64,000 nucleotides of DNA, from the NCBI GenBank assembly GCA_013265495.1, contig MU058824.1:5612976-5676975 (forward strand). Direction: 5' to 3'. The notes below the pieces were generated by a model. The model had not been told where the DNA came from. It did no database searches and saw nothing but the letters and a program-made list of their open reading frames with translations. This document shows positions 12,952 through 25,790 of the stretch, one piece after another. This stretch comes from Vicugna vicugna. Lineage: Eukaryota. Each line of letters opens with the position of its first letter. Positions within the stretch are counted from its first letter, which is position 1. The translations under genes were made by a program, and so were the position numbers.

Positions 12952-13790
12952 TGTGATATAATAAAGAATATAACCAGTCTTTGTCCCTGGTTCCTGGCAC
13001 AGAGCTCCAAAAACACTTGGAATTGTCCTGATAGGAGTGTCTGTTGTTAGTCTTTACAAGCCCCTTTCCACCATACCTGAGTTTCTGTTCAGGTGATTCA
13101 TGGTGGGCTCCTGGACAGTTTCCAGGGAGGGGCCGACCATGCCCAGAAGGACTAAGCACATTATTGGAACTTTCAGCAACCCTTCCGCCTCCACCAACCT
13201 CCGTGGAGAAAAGTGGAACTGAAGGCTGAATTCAGACATACGACTATGATTTAATCACTGATGTCCACCTAGTGAAACCTCAATAAAAACTCCGAAAAGT
13301 GAGGCTCAGAGAGCTTCCAGCTTTATGAACATATTCATCAGTGTACCAGGAGGGCGGCACAGCCTGGGGCCCCACAGGGATGGAAGCGCTGCACCTCTCT
13401 TCCCCAGACCTCGTCCTGTTCACCTCTTCCATTTGTCTGTTCTTAAGTTATAACTTTTATAATAAAAGGGTAATTGTAAGTGTAGTGCTTTCAGTGAGTT
13501 CTGTAAGTCATTCTAGTGAATTATAAAACCAAAAAGGTGATGTGAGAACCCCCAAATTTGTAGCCAACTGGGAAGAACTGCAAGTAGCCTGGGGACACCA
13601 GAGGCTAGTTCCTGGCATCTGAAGTGGGGACAGTTTTACAGGACTGAGTCCTTAACCTGTGGGGTCTGTGCTCACTCTGGTAGGTAGTTTCAGAGTATAG
13701 TTTAGTTGTATCAACTATACTTCAATTAAAAAAAAAAGGAATATAATTGAGTTGTAAGACATCCAGTTGGTGTCACAGAATTGTTGCTGG
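12952..13790 (+). mobile_element. ERVL-class LTR, MER21B/C-like
   Basis: Start 'tgtgatataataaagaatat…tctttgtccctggttcctggcacagagctcc', internal 'tgagttctgtaagtcattctagtgaattat', 'gaacccccaaatttgtagcca', end 'ccagttggtgtc'. Confidence 0.85.
13711..13737 (+). mobile_element. Ultra-short L1 3'-end insertion inside the MER21 LTR
   Basis: 'tcaactatacttcaatt' plus A-tail, matching the L1 termini at ~23845-23865 and ~54247-54276. Degenerate TSD 13692-13710 / 13738-13756. Confidence 0.75.
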
Positions 13791-14543
13791 AACGTGTATG
13801 GTAACTTGGGCCGGGCCCATGCTATGTGCTGAGGGTGGAAAGATGGGTAAGTCAGTGATCGATCTCAAAGTGCTCACAACCTGGGTGTGTAACTGTTTAA
13901 TAAGATCAAAATGTGATCTTAGCGGAAGAGGGTGAAACTCATCTCTTAAGAAAGGAGTGAGAGGAGTGGAACGTAAAGAGGAAGCAAAGGCCTCTTTTTC
14001 AGTGTTTAAGGGTAAACACACTGTAAACTATGAAAGCTGGGGCTCTATTCCTGTGTCCATCCTGCAGTTTCATGTGTGCTCACTCCCAGGATCTGTTTGT
14101 TCCTGCGTCTGTGTTCTTGGGATCCTCTCCAGGTTTGCGTTCCTGGGGGTATTCTTCTACGAGGGATTTGTGGTGCGTGAAACTATTTGACACGAGGAAA
14201 AGGGAACATTTTCCCCAAAGTGAATGGATGCAGAAGCCCTCACTGCGGTAAGTTCTTCACTTGTAAAGAATAGTGTCCTCTCTAATGAGAAGCTGAACCT
14301 TTGGGCTGGAAAGCAAACTGAGTGGGGTGGTTTGTAACCTGGAGGGAATTGAGAAGCAAGAGTTATGGCCGTGGACTCCAACTTCCTTCTGAAGAAAGGC
14401 AACATGGTTAAATCAGTTTCTAGTAAAAGACGGGAAGGGCTGGAGGGAGGAGGATGGGGAGCCAGGAAAAGGGGAGTTACCAGCTAGAGGATAAAATGAC
14501 CACAGCAACAACAAAGCTGCAAAGGAAGGCTGCCAAGGGGATT

Positions 14544-15040
14544 GTATCAGTATTATTCTAGTTATTTTAAGCAAGAAAGAATTTAATACCAGGACTTAGG
14601 TTTTTACAAAATTGTGGTTGGGCTAGAGGGAGCGGGCTCTAGACTGGGCCTCACAGTAGTGATTTTCGGCACAACAGAAATAACACACCCTAGTCATGGC
14701 TGCTTTTTTGCCCTAAGACAGCCGGGACATTGGGCATCAGCAGCCCAGTCCTGGCTCCAGGAGCACCGTGCTCCAGCTGCGGTCCAGGGCTGAGGGAGGC
14801 CGCACATGTCTGACAGAGCTTTAGTCTTGCTGGCAAAATGGACACTGTCGAAACCATCCCCTCTCTCCACCTTCTCCCCACTTACTTCAGTGCTAGTGAA
14901 TAGAGAACCTATTTTGCATTTGCAACCCAATTCCCATCTGGGAAACGTTGTTTGTATCTTTCTAACTTCTGCAGCGTAGGTGGAAATTAGAGTTATTGAA
15001 CGGATGAACCAGTCCACTGTAGCTTCTATGGGATGCTGAA
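14544..15040 (-). mobile_element. Ancient LTR element, subfamily uncertain
   Basis: Starts 'tgtatcagt…ttattttaagcaagaaagaatttaatac', typical of reverse-oriented old ERVL-type LTR ends. Confidence 0.45.
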
Positions 15041-15759
15041 CGGGCACTGGGACACCAGCGCTTCTTAGTCTTGTCATCCTAAACCTGTACTGGAGAAACT
15101 TGGTAGCTTTTATGTTCTTGGCAGTTTGGGACAGCTATTGTGAGAGTGTGCAAAGAATGAGATTTCAGTCCATATCTGAGGTAAGGTTTACAAGAGGGGG
15201 TGGGATTATTATTATTATTATTTTGGGGGAGGTCCTACGTGCTGGTTGGTGGCAGCAGAAACAATCTTACAGAGAGCTGGGAAGAGTGTAATAGAATTGA
15301 GGACCAGGCTTATAATGATCTCTTTCCACCTAGAAGCTCTAATCCTGAAGCTATTCTTTGTTTCCACATCAGATGAATTTATACTGTTTTAATAAAGAGG
15401 CCACTTTCTCATACTTCCATGTTATGGATGTGACCTATGCTCAGAATATCAAGTCAAACTTCCAACAGGTGGGCCCTCCTTTGGATAATTTTAAAGAACC
15501 CTAGACGTGTTTAGCACAGTAATTTAATAATTGGTATGTTTAGGCATGAGCATCTTATTCATTCATCAGTCAGCTTTATGATTTTTGATTTTCATGCTAT
15601 TTAACAGACATTTACAAAGCACCCATTGTGTACTAAGCCCAAGAGAAAATAGAGACAAAAGACTGGTTCCTCACCTCAAATTGCTCACAGTTCAGTGACA
15701 GATATGACAGTAAATATGCCAAAACTAAGTAGAGTTACCAACTGGTGATTATTAACATC

Positions 15760-16000
15760 TGTGGAAAATTTATAATGATTTGGGTACTGTGCTAAGTTTT
15801 TTTACTTATGATGTTGCATTCAATCTTTACAGTAATCTTCTAATGTGGTACTATTAATATCCATCTTATAGATAAGTAAACTGAGGCAGAGGGGGGCATA
15901 TAAATACTTTAAATGGACTCGGCTATTAAGTGGTTAACGGACAGTTTAAACCTTGCTATGTGACTGCAGAACTGAGCTCTTGACTACCTGCTCTGCTGTA
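15760..16000 (-). mobile_element. MIR SINE
   Basis: 'tactgtgctaag…ggtactattaatatccatcttatagataagtaaactgaggcaga'. Confidence 0.8.
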
Positions 16001-16079
16001 GTCAGTGGTGAGAATACTAGCACATACTTTTCATTCACTCTGGGTAAGATGACTCAGAGAACTGAACCAGGGAGAGGAG

Positions 16080-16430
16080 ATACAAATGGATATTTTCAGC
16101 TGAGTTGAATGGAATTGGCGATGTAAACAGTTGAGGGACCATTTTGGGGGCAGAAGGATCAGTATGGAATGCAGGCCCACAAGAGTGAGAGGGTAAGGCA
16201 TGTTCTGGAATTTGCAAGTAGTGTACATGGCACACAGTGTGGAGCTGTGTAAATCAATAGTGAGAGGAAGGCTTTGTGAGCCTTGGCAGGAGTTTTAACT
16301 AAAATCAGCAGGTCTGGAAGGATTTTAAGCAAGTGAGAGCTAAGATCCTTTAGAAAGGCCTCTCTGGTAATATCGTATATGCAGGGCACTGATCTTGGAG
16401 CAAGAACTCTAAAAACAAAAGTAAAAATAT
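16080..16430 (-). mobile_element. L2 LINE fragment
   Basis: 'aaggcccacaag'-like and 'gcatgttctggaatttgcaag…gaaggattttaagcaagtgag…tttagaaaggcctctctgg' are degenerate L2 motifs. Confidence 0.55.
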
Positions 16431-16969
16431 TGCCTGCTATTTCTTGGCAAGGATTTAATATTATATAGGTTGAATGTTAATACCAAACACCCTGGTTTTA
16501 AAATCTCATTTAAAAAGTCAGTCTCCCATTGACTCCCATTTCTAGCACTCTAAACTGTCCTGGAAAAGCTGATTCAGACCCAGGGAAAGCTGAGAAGGAT
16601 AATATAATGAGCCTGCCTTTTGAGGCTTCAGTCTCTACCTACTCCTGTATCCAGTCAGATGGGCTGACTGTCGATTCCTCTCTCATGTGCAGAAACTGAG
16701 GTGCATTGATGAGCTCTGGGATGGGCTACACTCTACTCCCTTTCTCAAAGTCCATTGTGTCCAAGTATGCTGGTGGGTTAGCCCTTCCCACTAAGATCTG
16801 TAGACTGAGAGATACCGTCCTGCAGGACATATTGATTCTGCCTGACTGCTAAGGCAACTTCAGGAACGAACAGCCCATTCTAGCTCTCTCTGCTCCACTT
16901 TTATAGATGAACCAAATAAAACACATGAGACCTGAAATTTAAAAAATGGAGGAGGAGGGTCTACTGAAT

Positions 16970-17230
16970 GGTGGTGCTGTGCAGGAGTTACGTATGCAAC
17001 CTCTGGATTCAGTAGTACCTAAATTCAAATATTAGCCTCAGCATTTAGCAGCTGTTACCTTGTGTAAGATACTTAACCTCCCTCTAAGCCTCAGTTTCTT
17101 TAACTGTATGAGGTAAAAATAATACCTCCTTTACAACATGTGGGAAAGTAAAAGAGATAATCCATGTAAATGTTACCACAGTCCCTATCACAAAGTATCT
17201 ACTCAGTAAAACATGTTTTATTATCGTTGT
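16970..17230 (+). mobile_element. MIR SINE, near full length
   Basis: 'ctctggattcag…ttcaaat…gctgttaccttg…acttaacctccctctaagcctcagtttct…aataatacct'. Confidence 0.85.
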
Positions 17231-17460
17231 TGTTCTTCTGGACAAAGAAGGAAATGATACATTTGGGGAAATTTCTCTTCTCTCATATTCTAACCCAGGA
17301 AGGATGTTAAGCAGATGAGGTAATCTCAGGATCCTTGCATTATCTTCCCTAGAACAAATGTGGATAGCAATGGAACTACTTTGGGAGATGTCCCTCCAGC
17401 CACTTTTTGACTAGCTTTATCTAATCCCACTCTTCTGTCCATTCAAAGAAAAATGGGTTA

Positions 17461-19169
17461 CAAATTGATCTACAGATTCAGTGCAATCCCTATCAAAATT
17501 ACAATGGCATTTTTTCACAGAAATAGGAAAAACGATCCTAAATTTTGTATAGAACCACAAAGGACCCTTGATGGCCAAAGCAATCTTGAGAAAGAAGAAC
17601 AAAACTAGAGACAATACACACCCTGTTTTCAAACTGTATTACAAAGCTATAATAATCAAAACAGTGTGGTACTGCATAAAGAGAGACACATAGACCAACG
17701 AAACAGAATAGAGCACCCAGAAATAAACCCAAGAATATATAGTCAGCTACTCTATAACAAGAGAGCCAAGAACACACAATGGGGAAAGGACAGTCTCTTC
17801 AATAAATGGTTCTGGTAAAACTGAATATCCATCTGCAAAAGAATAAAAGCTAAACCCCTATATTATACCACATACAGAACTCAACTCAAAATGGATTAGA
17901 AACTTAAATGTAAGACCTGAAGCCATAAAATGCCTACAATAAAAGAGAGGGAAAAGCTCTTGGACATTAGTCTTGGCAATGATTTTGGGGATTTGACACC
18001 AAAAGCTTAGGCAGCAAAAGCAAAAATAGACAGGTGGGACTCTATCAAACTAAAAAATTTCTCCATAACAAAGGAAACCATCAATGAAATGAAAAGGCAA
18101 CCTATGGAATGGGAGAAAAGATTTTCAAACCACATACTCAATAAGGGGTTAAAATCCAAAATATACAAGGAACTTATATAACTCAATAGCATAAAAACAA
18201 AAATGGGCAAAGGACTTGAATAAACATTTTTCTAAAGAAGACATGCAAACAGTCAGTGGGTACGTGAAAAGGTGCCCAATATCACTAATCATCAAAGAAA
18301 TGCAAATCAAAACCACAGTGGCATATCAGCTCACACCTGTTTGGAAATATATGATCAAAAAGATAAGAAATAGCAAATGCTGGTGAGGATGTGGAGAAAA
18401 AGGAACTCCTGTACACTGTTGGTCAGAAGGTAAACTGGCGTAGCCACCAAGAAAACAGTATGGAGTTCCCTCAGGAAATTAAGACTAGAACTACTGTAAG
18501 ATCTAGCAATGCCAGTTCTGAGTATATATGCAAAAAACCCCACAAATCATTATCTCAAAGAGGTATCTGCACTCCCATATTTATTGCAGCATTATTCACA
18601 GCAGCCAAGGTATGGAAATAATCTAAGTTTTGGTTAGTGGATGAATGGATAAAGAAAACGTGATAGATAGATGACAGACAGATAATTATTCTTTAAAAAA
18701 GAAGGAAATCCTGCCATGTGCAACAACATGGAGAAACCTGTAGGGCATTTATGCTAAGTAAATTAAGCCATACAGATAAAAACAAACATTGCATTCCAGT
18801 TGCCAGGGGCAGGATAGACATTAAAAGGATACAAACTTTCAGTTGTAAACTGAGTAAGATCTGAGGATCTAATGTATCACATGGTGACTGTAGTTGATAC
18901 TACTGTATTGTATAATTGAAATTTGCTGAGACAGTACATCATAACTGTTATCACATCAAAAAAGGTACCTATGTGAATTGATGGATGTGTTAACTTGATT
19001 ATAATCATTTAACAGTATATATCAAACCATCACACTGCACATCTTAAATATTTATAATTTTTATTTGTCAGTTATACCTCAATAAACCTTGAAAAAATAA
19101 AACTATCACTAAAGAAAATTAAACTCTTACAATACTTGCAAAAACAAAACAACCAACCAAACAAAAATA
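17461..19169 (+). mobile_element. 5'-truncated L1 (3' part of ORF2 plus 3'UTR, L1MA9-like) with TSD
   Basis: L1 ORF2 sequence ('gatctacagattcagtgcaatccctatcaaaat', 'ctcttcaataaatgg', 'tgcaaatcaaaaccaca'). 3'UTR ends 'tacctcaataaa'. TSD caaagaaaaatgggtta (17444-17460) / caaagacaaatgggtta (19170-19186), 16 of 17 identical. Confidence 0.93.
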
Positions 19170-22100
19170 CAAAGACAAATGGGTTAGTGGAGTCTCAGCA
19201 TCTCCTCTGAGAAGGACTTGCTGCCTATAGCAGTTCCTTTCATCCCCTGATATGAGATGTAGTCCTTACTTAATGTTAAATAACATCCTTCTTTCCTCTC
19301 TCCTTTGCACCCACACCTTACTCCTCCAATCGGAACACAATTGGCTGCCCATTGGTGCACTGACAGTGACGCTTCCTTTTATTGGTTTATTAATTCCTAA
19401 GGCCCCTGTAAAGAGTTGGCACTTCGTTAATGGACCATCTGCTTTAACTTAATTAAATCATATTAGATTGACTATTAAAAGATTAAGCAGTAAAGATTAA
19501 ATAATACTAGATTTAAAAAAAATGCCAAATTGCAGTGTACTGATCTGAACAAAATTATTTTTGCCTCTATTAAGTACCATACACACTAAATCAAAACCAC
19601 TCAATATCTAAACCTAAGCTTATTGTGAGTGATTTTTACTTCCTTTTTTCAAAGTGAGAGGATCATAGATAATATTTCCAGAACTCCCTCCTTCCTACCA
19701 CTCTCACAAGCACACCAAGGCTAATATCTGCTCTTCTTTCTTTATCTCCAGGATAAGATGGTCAGAAACCAAACTTTAGGAGATCTAAACTCACCCACAT
19801 AGAACACAAGGAGGAAATGTGAAGACAATAACCAACACAGAAACAGGCAGTAAGCTGAGGTCAGAGGTCACTGAGCAGAGGAAGCCAAGGTCAGAAGAGC
19901 CAGCCTTGGCAGACACATTAAATAATTTCAGTTTGCTTTTTGGTGCTCTCAGCACTAAGTATTGTTCAACAAATAAAGACCAATGATACGCTAGATGTGT
20001 TGGGAATTTGTAAGTGTCCATTTCTTCAGAGTTTATAAACTATGTTCTGTGCTTTGGTACCCTATTAAAATCACCCAGTCCACTGCCTCACTTCCTCTAT
20101 CTCAAGATGACAACAAGCTAATCTGATAGCATGCTAACATGTGACCTTCTGAGCCATCTCCTCTCTTTATTTGCAGTGTAAAAGGAACCTGAATAAATTG
20201 CGATAATGTCTTAACTCCAAGGAATGCCTCTAAAGGGGTGTCAGGTTTGTGGGCAGACATTTTTGAGCAAATTCTGACTTCACTGCTTACATGCAGTGCA
20301 GACTTTGAGTTGCAGGGTAGGATGACTGGGGCTTGAGGAAGTGGTAAGGTTTCGTTCTTTTTGATCAGTCTGCAAAAGCATCATTTCAGACACCATACAG
20401 ATGTATAGATGTTAAGTTCTTCTGGGTATTTTATAACTTCCTGTGAACTCAAATGCTGAATTATGCTAACTTAGAAACTGACAGAAGTGACTCTTAAGCA
20501 GTAGGGTTGAATCACAAGTCAGAATTGTAATGCCGATGGTGAAGATCAGTTAGGATGTCTCTATTTTATGGGAGATTTATTACTTCAATCAACAATTGTT
20601 CTTTTTATTTTCAAGAAACAGAAAGAAGCAAACAACAATAAGATGCAATGGAAAGGGAGTGGATTGCAGATTGCAAAGTAAGTGGAAAATACTTGAACGT
20701 GCAGAAGATGAGAGTAGGAAGGAATACATTATAGACTTTGTGATGCTAATCTGGGTCAGGAATTACAGTATACAATTTCATCAGCATGAAGTGAAACACC
20801 CTCTCTAAAACCCAGGGCATGTGCCTTTTGATAGATTGCATTTTGAGATCTTTTAAGGGAAGCCATCGACATCTGCATTGTTATCTGCATAGCAGCCTGT
20901 GTGGGGACTTTGAAACGTGTATGTGAAGAGAGTGGGGATAAATCATTTCCTGAAATATTGAAAATTAAATATAGAGAAGGAAAAATGTAGTAAATGACCA
21001 GGTCTATAAAGGGACCTGTAAGACTAGGATTTCACGGTGAAATTTTGCATAATGTCAGACATTTGAAGGTTTGGGGTTTTGTTGTTGTTTTTTTATCTGA
21101 AGGGACACAAGACATTTACATTTTTTTAAAAAAAATAAACTTCCCCAGTAAAATGGGTGCAGACTTTTGAAGGAACATTCTGAGAAACAGATCTAAGATT
21201 TGTGTTGATGTTCTTGATGGTCAGCACTGTTTGCTGTCACAATACTAAGCAGGGCAGTAGTGCAGAAGTTTTTCTAAGTTTTTCTCTACACTTTTCTCCT
21301 TATCACAGGCAAAGATAGCTCTGCCTTTCCCAAGTACCTGGTGTTAGGTTGAAATTTCATGTAACTCCCTGGCAACTTAGAAATTAAGCCAAGTTGGAAT
21401 TTGACAATTACCTAGAATGTGGCTGTAATAAAATGGATGTGAACATAGACGGTGACTTGGGAATAATAAAATTTTAGAGCTTAATTTAGTCATAGCAAGA
21501 AAGACATCAATGTCACTTTTCAATTTGACTTCCACTTTTGGTTTAGCCCAAGTTTTCTATGAATGCTCATATCTTCTTTCTTACCCATTTTAATGACCTG
21601 TAAGCTTTCAATTTTGAGAGGATAGCTGAGATGCTTCTAACAGAATAAGAAATGGAAGTCCAAGGAACAACTGAGTTTTTCCCTATAATCCTTTGCATTT
21701 TCTAAAGCTAGAAGGTTCTAAATTTGAATCCCTTGCTTTCAGATGTCCTGAATGGAAGACCATAATTTTGGAAGGCTGGAAACTGCAAAAGCGAAGATTT
21801 TTGACAGTTTTCACACTGATTACCTTCAGGGTAAGAATAATGATGATATGAGCAGAGTAAAAAAAAAAATGTAATTTCATAGAACTCTTAAGCTCAGTTT
21901 TCTATGAGCACTCAAAATATTGTTCTTATTTTGATGAGAAATCCCTTTGCCTTGAAGTGAAAAGAGTAATGTAATGAAATCCAGCTATTAATGAAATAAT
22001 GGAAAGAAAACTTATTAAGAAGACCCCGGGCCCAATGCATTTGCAAAAATGTCAGTTAGACAGGGGGCAGAGGTGATGTTTCTGACAAGGTCACTGGCTA

Positions 22101-23105
22101 TCAAAGTCTGGAGAACAGACACTGAAGGTCAATAGTTGCATCCATGTAGAATAAAAATGAGCAAGGCTACACGGTACCTCAGAACTAAGTCTTGCAATAA
22201 GGGCAGCAACAATTAAGCTATTAAAATGGCAAAGACTAAGAAAAAGAAGTGTAAACAGAGCCGGTCTGTTCTGCCTCCTGCTGCTAGAGATCCTATATCC
22301 ACAATTCTGGAGAGTGATTCAGAGCTGCTATGATGTAGGACTTAAAATTTAACTCCCTCCCCCAGACATACTAGTAGGTGGATGAACGGTAAAAGTTTTC
22401 TTGGGTTTGTTCCAAACACCTGACCTTGGAAACTATGGCCTCATATTAGGACTTCCTTCCCAGAACAAATGTTTAGATTTCTAATACACTTCCTTCTATT
22501 ACCAGGACCTGTATATTTGATTTTCCAGGTCTTTCTATGTTTCTCTCTAAAATTTAACCCAAAGTAAGAGAGATCCCTGGAGACAGAAATGCAGCAGTAA
22601 CTTAAGGAATACAAACAAGTAGATGTGGTTTCTAAGGGGAGGCTCCAGTACTGGGAGGAGATTCACATCCTGTCTAGTTGAAGAGGAAAGAGAAGACAAA
22701 GAAGTGCAAAAACCACTCTTCAAATGTGTATAAATATCTAACAGGAAATGAGTGTTGGATTCATTCTGGATGGCCTTAATGGGTCATACCAACCCATTGA
22801 AGTTTTACATAGAGATTTTTTTTTTTGCCTCAGTATAAGGGAAAAATTTCCAAAACTTACAACATTTTAGAATTAACATTAATCTCTTTCAGAGAGAATG
22901 TTTAACCATGCAGGATGACTATTTATTGGACTGTTTTAGCAAAAAAGTTAAGATGCACTGGATGGGAAATTGGAAAAATGACCATTTCTGGTTCTTCAAC
23001 CCTGGGATTGTATGATTATATTATACTATAATTCTAAAAGGCAACAAATAGTATGACCATAGAGACATTTCTTTCAATTTATAGATGATTAAAACTTTAT
23101 CACTT

Positions 23106-23865
23106 AAACGCTGGGGAGGGTATGGAGAAAAGGGAACCTCCTACACTGTTGGTGGGAATGTAATTTGGTACAGCCACTATTGAAAACAGTATGGAGAGTC
23201 CTTAAAAAACTAAAAATAGACCTACCCTATGACCCAGTAATCCCACTCCTGGGCATGTATCTGGAGAAAACTCCAATTTGAGAAGATACACCTACTCCAA
23301 TGTTCATAGCGGCACTATATACAATAACCAAGACATGGAAGCAACCTAAATATCCATCAACAGATGATTAGATAAAGAAGTTGTGGTACACAGGTACACA
23401 TGTACACACGTACATGTGCGCGCACACACACACACCAGAATACTATTCAGTCATAAAAAAGAATAAAATAATGCCATTTGCAGCAACATGGATGGACCTA
23501 GAAGTTAACATACTAAGTGAAGTAAGTCAGAGAAAGACAAATATCGTGTGATATCACTTATATGTGGAATCTAAAATAAAATACAAATGAACTTATTTAC
23601 AAAACAGAAATAGATCACAAACATAAAAAACAAACTTATGGTTATCAAAGGGGAAAGGGAGGAGGGATAAATGAGGAGTTTGGGATTAGTAGATACAGAC
23701 TACTATATACAGTACAGATAAACAAGGTCCTACTGTATAGCACAGGGAACTATATTCAATACCTTGTATAGCCTATAATGAAAAGGAATATATATGTATA
23801 ACTGAATCACTATGCTGTACACCAGAAATTAACACATTGTAAATTGACTATACTTCAATTAAAAA
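23106..23865 (+). mobile_element. 5'-truncated cetartiodactyl-type L1 3' end with TSD
   Basis: 'ggagaaaagggaacctcctacactgttggtgggaatg…gtatagcacagggaactatattcaata…gactatacttcaattaaaa'. TSD aaaactttatcactt (23091-23105) / aaaactttattactt (23866-23880). Confidence 0.95.
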
Positions 23866-24327
23866 AAAACTTTATTACTTTCTCCCAGTCTTTTGCTGCT
23901 ACTTACTAGTGTTAAAAATTTATAAGAACCCCAGTCATTATTTTAATTTTGACTTCATACTATTCTCAAGTAAACCATTTCATGGATAATCATTGCAATG
24001 TCCTCAAAAGTTCTATAGCATTGTTGTTGTTGTTGTTGTTATTATTATTCTTACTGACATTGGGTTATCATGTAGGGTCATCAGATGTTCACCTGTAAAT
24101 GTCATCATGTTGCTGGCCTGGAACAGCAACATTCAGTGTTCCTATATGGAAAGTCATATATTAACTCCTCTATCATCATGATATGCTTTTACAAATACAT
24201 TTAACTGGAAAATAGCTATGATTATACCCAAAGTTGTGAGGTTGTTTGCAAAAATGAGTTTCTTTAGGGAGTGTGAAAAATAAATGAAAATTAAATTAGA
24301 AACATGACTCATTTGACTTAAAAATGG

Positions 24328-24553
24328 ACAGACTGGGAGTTCAAAATTTGCAGATATTGACAGGCATATATAGAACAGATAAACAAGATTATACTATATA
24401 GCACAGGGAAATATATACAAGATCTTGTGGTAGCTCACAGCAAAAGGGAATGTGACAGTGAAAATGTGTATGTTCACATATACCCGAAAAATTGTGCTCT
24501 ACACTGGAAATTGACACAACATTGTAAACTGACTATAACTCAATTAAAAAAAC
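24328..24553 (+). mobile_element. Short lineage-specific (camelid-like) L1 3' end
   Basis: 'cagactgggagttcaaaatttgcagata…tagcacagggaaatatatacaagatcttgtggtagctcacagc…acaacattgtaaactgactataactcaattaaaaaa'. Confidence 0.85.
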
Positions 24554-25227
24554 AGTAACTTTCAATATTCATTAATCAATCAACAGGTATTATTATATAC
24601 TATGTAGAACATGTTGCAATATATATCATGAGGAGTATAAAGATGTGTATGCTGTGAATGTGGTGTCAAGAACCTTGTAATTTAGTGTGGAAAATATGAA
24701 ATTTAGCATCATAAAGCAACAAATACTAAGTGGGAAGTGAGTGACTGATTATTGAGTCTGAGTTATTAGAAAATTGATAAGGAGAGATTTTGGGGTTTTT
24801 TAATAAAATATAAAATATGGTTAAAAATAATACAAAAGAACTTCCAAACAAAGTCACTTTGAAGCACCCTGAGATCTACTCCCCAGAATCAACTGCTTTT
24901 AATCACTGCTGCTGCTTTTTTCCTTTTGATGTTAATATTATATCCTAAACACATATACATACCCTCACACAACTGATTTATTAACTTTATAGAGTTTTGT
25001 TTATTACACTTTGCTATACAGATGATGATCTAGCTCATTTACAGTACCACATGTCGGCAGTTGGTTAGGAACAAGTACAGACTTTTGATATTAAAGCACT
25101 TTATACTGAAAAGTGAGTGAGATATTCTATTCATTGATTTCTATCATTCTGTATGTACAGGCTTGTGGTCTATTTCCCAAAATGTCCTTTCTGGTAAAGC
25201 ATTACTTACGAACATGAAGTATAGCCT

Positions 25228-25790
25228 CTTCATTCTTGCATTTATTTATTAATTCACTCAATAAATCTTTATTCAGTGCCTACTATATGCCAGGAACTAG
25301 GCTGGGTGTTGGGAATAAAGTCCAGAACAACATTTTCCCTCATGAAGCTTATTTTTATTCTGAGTTGACAGCCTCTTTGCTTTTTATCTGTAGTCTGGTC
25401 ACTGAGACAGATATTGAACAGATAATTATAATTGTGCTGTGTGCTATGAAGAAGTGTAGGGTAATTTGCAAGTGTAATAAAGGGGTACCTTCAAGTTACC
25501 CTGAAGGTCAGGGAATTTATAGATGATTAAACTTATTACTTTCGCCCAGCATCTTACTGCTTTCATTGGTTTTAAGAAATAAGAATTCCAATCATTATTT
25601 TAATTTTGACTTTATACTTTACTATACTCAGCCTTTATGAGAAAATGGCATTTCATTTGAAATGTGAAGGATGAAGAGGAGTGGATGACAAGTCATAGAC
25701 ATGCACCAGGAAGAGGATTCCAGACAGAAGGAACCATTGTGAAGTGAGAATGAACATGGTGTGTTGGACAGACAGGAAGTGACTTCTCAA
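25228..25790 (-). mobile_element. L2 LINE 3' region, interrupted at 25514-25631
   Basis: 'ttcactcaataaatctttattcagtgcctactatatgccagg…gtgctatgaagaa…ggtcagggaa', then after the insert 'gcctttatgagaaaatggcatttc…attccagacagaaggaacca'. Confidence 0.8.
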
